Shown here one piece after another: positions 59,945-64,000 of a DNA stretch of 64,000 bases. Position 1 is the first letter of the stretch. Every line of letters starts with the position of its first letter. The notes beneath the pieces are model-generated. The model saw only the letters and a program-made list of their open reading frames with translations, did no database searches and was not told the origin of the DNA. The position numbers and the translations under genes were made by a program. Source of the stretch: Candidatus Latescibacterota bacterium (GTDB lineage: Bacteria > Latescibacterota > UBA2968 > GCA-2709665); assembly GCA_965219455.1 (NCBI GenBank), contig OZ244744.1:4192001-4256000 (forward strand). Reading direction: 5' to 3'.

Positions 59945-60835
59945 ATGAGACGCGTTCTGACGAGTTTGATCTGTTTCGGGGTATTGGCAGCGGCATCGTC
60001 ACCTGGGGCGGAGGAGACAGACACTTTCACGCCTCCTGGTGCCGGTGTGGGGGCGTGTGTTATTCAGGATGGGAACGGTGTTTCGGCCGATGGCGAGATA
60101 CCCTGGAAGGGTTCGGATATGATGGTACCGTCGGTGTCGACGGGGTTCGGAAAGCTGGGCGTTCCGTCGGAGGGGGTCCGTCCGGTCAGGTGGACCGAAT
60201 ATGCGGAGGAGGGAGATATTCTCATGCCGCAAAGTGGCATGAGAAATAAGAACGGGTTGAGCCTGTACTTCTCCAGCGCGACGGGTGGATTCGGGTTCCG
60301 TATGGGGTACGACCGGCGGCTCTCACCGGTCCTTCGGCTGATTGCGGGAAACGAATATATGACGTATGGACCGCTGCAGGCCTTGAAGAAGCTTGGCGAG
60401 CATCTGCGTCCCGGGGTGCAGCGCGTGACGCTCATATCGATGCCGGTGGGGTTGCTGCGGCAATTTGGGGTGGAGAAACGAATCGTTCCCCACGTCGGAT
60501 TCGGCGCCGGACCCTATGTTCGATTCGACCACCGGGGCGGCTACGGCGGTTTCCTTTCGGGCGGATTGGGCATCGGTACGGGCTTGGGGGGTGGAAACAG
60601 CGGCATGGGTGTACGGTTATCGCAATTGGGAAGTCCGGTTGACGGATTCTCGGATATTTCATTTACGATGGGCGGCTATATTCTGTCCGGTTTTAACGTT
60701 CGGTTTGGAGAGAACAAAGATCTGGCTGTGACGACCGACGGGCGTTACACCCTGGCGCGTTTTTCGGACGCGCTGGGCAACCCCGGAGACCTGAGTGGTT
60801 TCTCCCTTTCAATTGGCGTCGGGAAGTATTTTTGA
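59945..60835 (+). CDS. Secreted protein with probable small outer-membrane beta-barrel domain
   Basis: AGGAGG RBS, signal peptide, 'PHVGFGAG' strand, C-terminal 'SLSIGVGKYF'. Confidence 0.6.
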   Translation: MRRVLTSLICFGVLAAASSPGAEETDTFTPPGAGVGACVIQDGNGVSADGEIPWKGSDMMVPSVSTGFGKLGVPSEGVRPVRWTEYAEEGDILMPQSGMRNKNGLSLYFSSATGGFGFRMGYDRRLSPVLRLIAGNEYMTYGPLQALKKLGEHLRPGVQRVTLISMPVGLLRQFGVEKRIVPHVGFGAGPYVRFDHRGGYGGFLSGGLGIGTGLGGGNSGMGVRLSQLGSPVDGFSDISFTMGGYILSGFNVRFGENKDLAVTTDGRYTLARFSDALGNPGDLSGFSLSIGVGKYF

Positions 60836-61028
60836 GGAGATGCGGACGATCGATTATCGCCATAACCGACAAGAAGCGCCGCGGGTGGTGGTTAAAAAAA
60901 AATATGGATCGTCCCGATCTGAGACGCCAATGTGTAAGCGTAAACGAGACCCTTCTCCGGCGAGGTTGTCACCACCATAGATTCACTTTATGTTGAAACT
61001 TTGACGCTGCGCGGAAGTATAAGGATAT

Positions 61029-61109
61029 AGAAACGCCCTTTCTCCCGTCGTTGTCCTTTTGGACCTTCCCTCCCGCCAAAAGGTTACTCTACGGAGAGAG
61101 GGCGTTTCT
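61029..61109. terminator. Long inverted repeat between convergent genes
   Basis: AGAAACGCCCTTTCTCCCGT ... ACGGAGAGAGGGCGTTTCT with an inner CCTTTTGG/CCAAAAGG stem. Confidence 0.5.
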
Positions 61110-61134
61110 GCGTGTCTGCCCCCGTGGGCATCCG

Positions 61135-61959
61135 CTACATCAGGCTTTCCAGCAGTTTTTTGCCCTGGACCAGATCCCTCACCTTTTGGTCCCAATCCGG
61201 TATTTCGCGTTCCATGGTGACAGGTCCTCGGTATCCGATCTGTTTGAGTCTGGCAATGAAACGATCCATACCGACGTCGCCGTCGCCGAGCGGGTGTTCC
61301 GCGCCGAGTTGTCCTTCGCCCGGTGGCCACTTTCCATCTTTCGCGTGAACGCTGACGACGTAGTCGGCCACAATACCGAGGGCTTCGATGGGTTCTCCAC
61401 TTCCATAAAGGATCATATTGGCCGGGTCGAAGTTGACTCTTACGTTATTTCGATTCAGCGTCTCAAGAAAGTGGAGGAGCGCGGAAGCCGTTTCCTGACC
61501 GGTTTCCAGGCAGAAGTCCTGTCCGTTCGCACCGCAATAGTCGGCCATTCTTCTGACACAATCAACCATGGCATGGTGGTCCGGGTGATCCGGTTCTTCC
61601 GGGACGAAGCCGATGTGTGCGGCCACCTTGTCAACGCCGAGCGCGCTTGCAAAATCGGAAATACGCCCGGTTTTTTTAATGCGTTGCTCCCTCAGGGATG
61701 GATTGAGATACCCTACGGTATCTCTGATGGTCGGAATGTCAGCGTAACTCTCTTCTGAAAACCCCGCGAAGACGGTGGTAACTTCAATGCCGACCGAATG
61801 AATGTCTCGGATCAGCGCGGTACTTCTGTGTTTATCTTCCAGGACATCCTCAGAAGGGGCGGCAATTTGTACGTTCCCGAAACCCAGATCCCGGACCTGC
61901 CTGAGCTGGTCAAGGGTCCATCCAACGCTCATCATGACACCAACCGGCATCTCCTGCAT
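61135..61959 (-). CDS. Sugar phosphate isomerase/epimerase (AP endonuclease 2 TIM-barrel)
   Basis: 'LETGQE', 'NFDPAN', 'VHAKD', 'GDGDV', 'TMERE' metal ligands; AGGAGG RBS. Confidence 0.88.
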   Translation of the reverse strand: MQEMPVGVMMSVGWTLDQLRQVRDLGFGNVQIAAPSEDVLEDKHRSTALIRDIHSVGIEVTTVFAGFSEESYADIPTIRDTVGYLNPSLREQRIKKTGRISDFASALGVDKVAAHIGFVPEEPDHPDHHAMVDCVRRMADYCGANGQDFCLETGQETASALLHFLETLNRNNVRVNFDPANMILYGSGEPIEALGIVADYVVSVHAKDGKWPPGEGQLGAEHPLGDGDVGMDRFIARLKQIGYRGPVTMEREIPDWDQKVRDLVQGKKLLESLM

Positions 61960-61987
61960 TGTTTTCTCCTCCTGTTGTTCGTTTACG

Positions 61988-62540
61988 TCACTCGAAGACC
62001 TCGAATTCGCCGTTTCTCACGATCAGTACAATAGGATCGTAGACCGCGTCTCCGTTGCCGTCGAACGAGAATTCGCCCAATATGGTGTCCAGATCCGTTC
62101 CGCCATGTCCGCCATTGCCTCTCGAATAGTGGTTGGATCCGTCGATCGGGCTCTTGCGAGGGCCGTCGCAAGAATATGCAACGCGGCATAGGACTGCGCT
62201 GCCCATCGGTTCGGTTCAACGCCGAAATTCGTCCTGTACCTCTCAACGAAGGAGGCATTTCCGCGCGTGGAGGCAATGCCGGTCCAGCCCGTAAAGGCGA
62301 TTGCGCCCTCTGCGCCATCGCCTGCAGCACGAACTTCATCCTGGGTCAAAACTGGCACGATAAAGTGAACATTGGCGGGAATGCCACGACAGCCTGCGGC
62401 AGGGTTACATCGACAGCCCGTTTGCCCAACGGCTGTCCTATCGGTTTCTCAGCCTGAGTATCCTGCGGCGTCGTCGGGCGTTCGCCACCGCAGCCCCAGG
62501 CAAGGCCTGCGACAAGTGGGAGAACGAATGCACGGCGCAT
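61988..62540 (-). pseudogene. Internally deleted and frameshifted lipoprotein-ABC substrate-binding protein
   Basis: Lipoprotein start MRRAF...LAWGCGG...GQPLGK, then in other frames the LivJ-like C-terminus 'AAQSYAAL...IREAM' and 'DTILGEFSFDGNGDA'. Confidence 0.7.
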
Positions 62541-62975
62541 ACTGCGGAACACAGGTTGTCTCCTTGAACGAAATGCGTTTTCGATACCGCGGAAGGAACT
62601 CATACTTGAGATCTGATCAGTGGTCATCCGGCTGAACCAGGACAGGGCGTGCAGAAGAACCGGCGTCGAGCCCTTCCCCAATGCAAAGACGCTCTTTTTT
62701 TCCTTAAGTTGAGTCATCTGTCGTCCTATGCGCCCAATATATGTGAGAACCATAGCCCGTGCAAAGTCAAATCACAGAAGCGCAGGAGTACTCGGACAGC
62801 AGCCAGCCATTAAACGAGAAGTTGATATCCAGAACACCGTCTCTGCATTGGAAGATAGTTTAGAGGCTTTCATTTATATAACACGACTTGACAACTGCAC
62901 ATTTGTTTAGTATATCTTCGATATACGGGATGTCTCAATAGCGAGCCATGTAGAGCCCTGGCAAGGAGGTCTGAG

Positions 62976-63272
62976 ATGTCTGACCATGCGGTACAAGAGA
63001 GGGATATCACCGGCGGATCCACATTGAAGTGCTTGAGCGAAGACTTTCGCCGGGTTGTGGAACGCATACAAACCGGGGTCAATGGCGTCGCCTTGCACGC
63101 AATGGATGCGGGGCGTTTGGTGACGGTCGACGCGGCCGAGCGCGCCGTCGACAATCTGGCCCTGGAATTGCAGCGTGGCGTCGGAAATCGAAATGCGTGG
63201 CGGGGGGCGCTTGTAGACTATGAGTCGGCTTGGCTGGAAATCATCCGCAACGCACGAGACGGTAAAAATTAG
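62976..63272 (+). CDS. Hypothetical 98-aa protein
   Basis: Strong AAGGAGGT RBS and upstream TTGACA-17-TATATC (62888-62916); no family recognised. Confidence 0.6.
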   Translation: MSDHAVQERDITGGSTLKCLSEDFRRVVERIQTGVNGVALHAMDAGRLVTVDAAERAVDNLALELQRGVGNRNAWRGALVDYESAWLEIIRNARDGKN

Positions 63273-63541
63273 CTCCGGTCCAATACACCGTCGTCGTGCC
63301 ACCAGTGGATTGGAACGCAAAAAATCACGTTCCGAGGCCAGAGCGGGCAACGCCCGGGCAAACGAAAGATAGATTCCCGGTACAGAACACTAGCTTTAAC
63401 GTCGATCCTGGATCTTCACAACGTTCTTCCTCCTGGTTGAAGAGGCGAGAGGGTAGAAAACGGCTTCGGCAAGCTGGAGGTATAAAGGGCGGATCTTCCA
63501 ATGGAAATCCGCCCTCAGGTTTTTGTACAATCGATTCGTTC

Positions 63542-64000
63542 TCAGGCCAGGTCAACAATGTCTCCGAAGTACCTGCCCGTTTCAGCAATCGTTACGGGTA
63601 CCCCTGTGTGCGTTTCAACGTCGTGAATCAGTTCCAGCACGGGTTCCGTAAGCGCCTCACGGGCGCGGGCGCCCCGCACAGCCGGGTCAAGGTGGTCGCA
63701 GAAAGTGAGGGCAATCTGGGTGGGGCCATTGAGCATAACCGCCTCTTCCAGGTGTCGCCATGAAATCCTGTGGGCTTTTCTGCGGCGTCGCCCTGTCGTC
63801 ACACCGTATTCGACGATACCCCGTCGATCCTGTTCACCTGCAGACATTTCAAACGGCAGCGGACCCGCGCCCACGCGACTGGGTACGGCCTTGACCACCA
63901 GGATGACGTCCTTGATAAACTGCCAGTTCAGCCCTGCATCGTCCGCCGCCGCAACGGTTGTACAATTGTCGGAAGTGCAGAAGGGGTAGTCCGTGGTAAG
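63542..64000 (-). CDS. purA: Adenylosuccinate synthetase, short archaeal-like type (3' part; 5' end outside the window)
   Basis: 'YPFCTS', 'SRVGAGPLP', aspartate-binding loop 'EYGVTTGRRRR', 'IALTFCDHLD' and a short C-terminus. Confidence 0.85.
   Translation of the reverse strand, partial: LTTDYPFCTSDNCTTVAAADDAGLNWQFIKDVILVVKAVPSRVGAGPLPFEMSAGEQDRRGIVEYGVTTGRRRRKAHRISWRHLEEAVMLNGPTQIALTFCDHLDPAVRGARAREALTEPVLELIHDVETHTGVPVTIAETGRYFGDIVDLA

Noticed and set aside
63542-64000. PurZ (2-aminoadenine pathway) instead of PurA
   Set aside because: The loop GVTTGRRRR keeps the PurA arginine that PurZ replaces and there is no phage context; the diagnostic N-terminal Asp/Ser lies outside the window.

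Overview
Bacterial chromosomal window, mostly GC-rich with a visibly more AT-rich first ~4 kb. The gene content (several PhyH dioxygenases, a sulfatase, a Tat heparinase-like protein, a WD40-Omp85 protein, BlaI/M56-TonB) suggests an FCB-superphylum organism such as Latescibacterota or Gemmatimonadota; this is inference only. I found no rRNA, tRNA, CRISPR array or intact transposase. Main blocks: (1) HEAT lipoprotein, TlpA, M56-4xTonB and blaI with a perfect 24-bp operator; (2) a catabolic or tailoring cluster with three PhyH-fold enzymes that all lack the HxD carboxylate; (3) thiC with a TPP riboswitch; (4) a circularly permuted ATP-grasp / amtB / alpha-E / transglutaminase operon next to a binding protein-histidine kinase-PP2C-anti-sigma-STAS partner-switching module and a CBS-domain CPA2 antiporter; (5) archaeal-type valS (frameshifted) and aspS, each behind its own leader-peptide transcription attenuator (Val/Asp/Asn and Asp/Asn/His leaders); (6) an ECF sigma / anti-sigma / three Spy-like gene cluster with a duplicated promoter motif; (7) ilvB with a Val/Leu attenuator; (8) an NCS2 permease and convergent hydantoinase A/B genes; (9) a metallopeptidase-WD40-Omp85 gene, several pseudogene remnants and a partial short-type purA. 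The strongest novelty candidates are the tandem aminoacyl-tRNA synthetase attenuators, the amtB-containing peptide-ligase operon with its signalling neighbours, and the HxG/HxA PhyH cluster. All functional calls come from reading motifs; no database searches were run.
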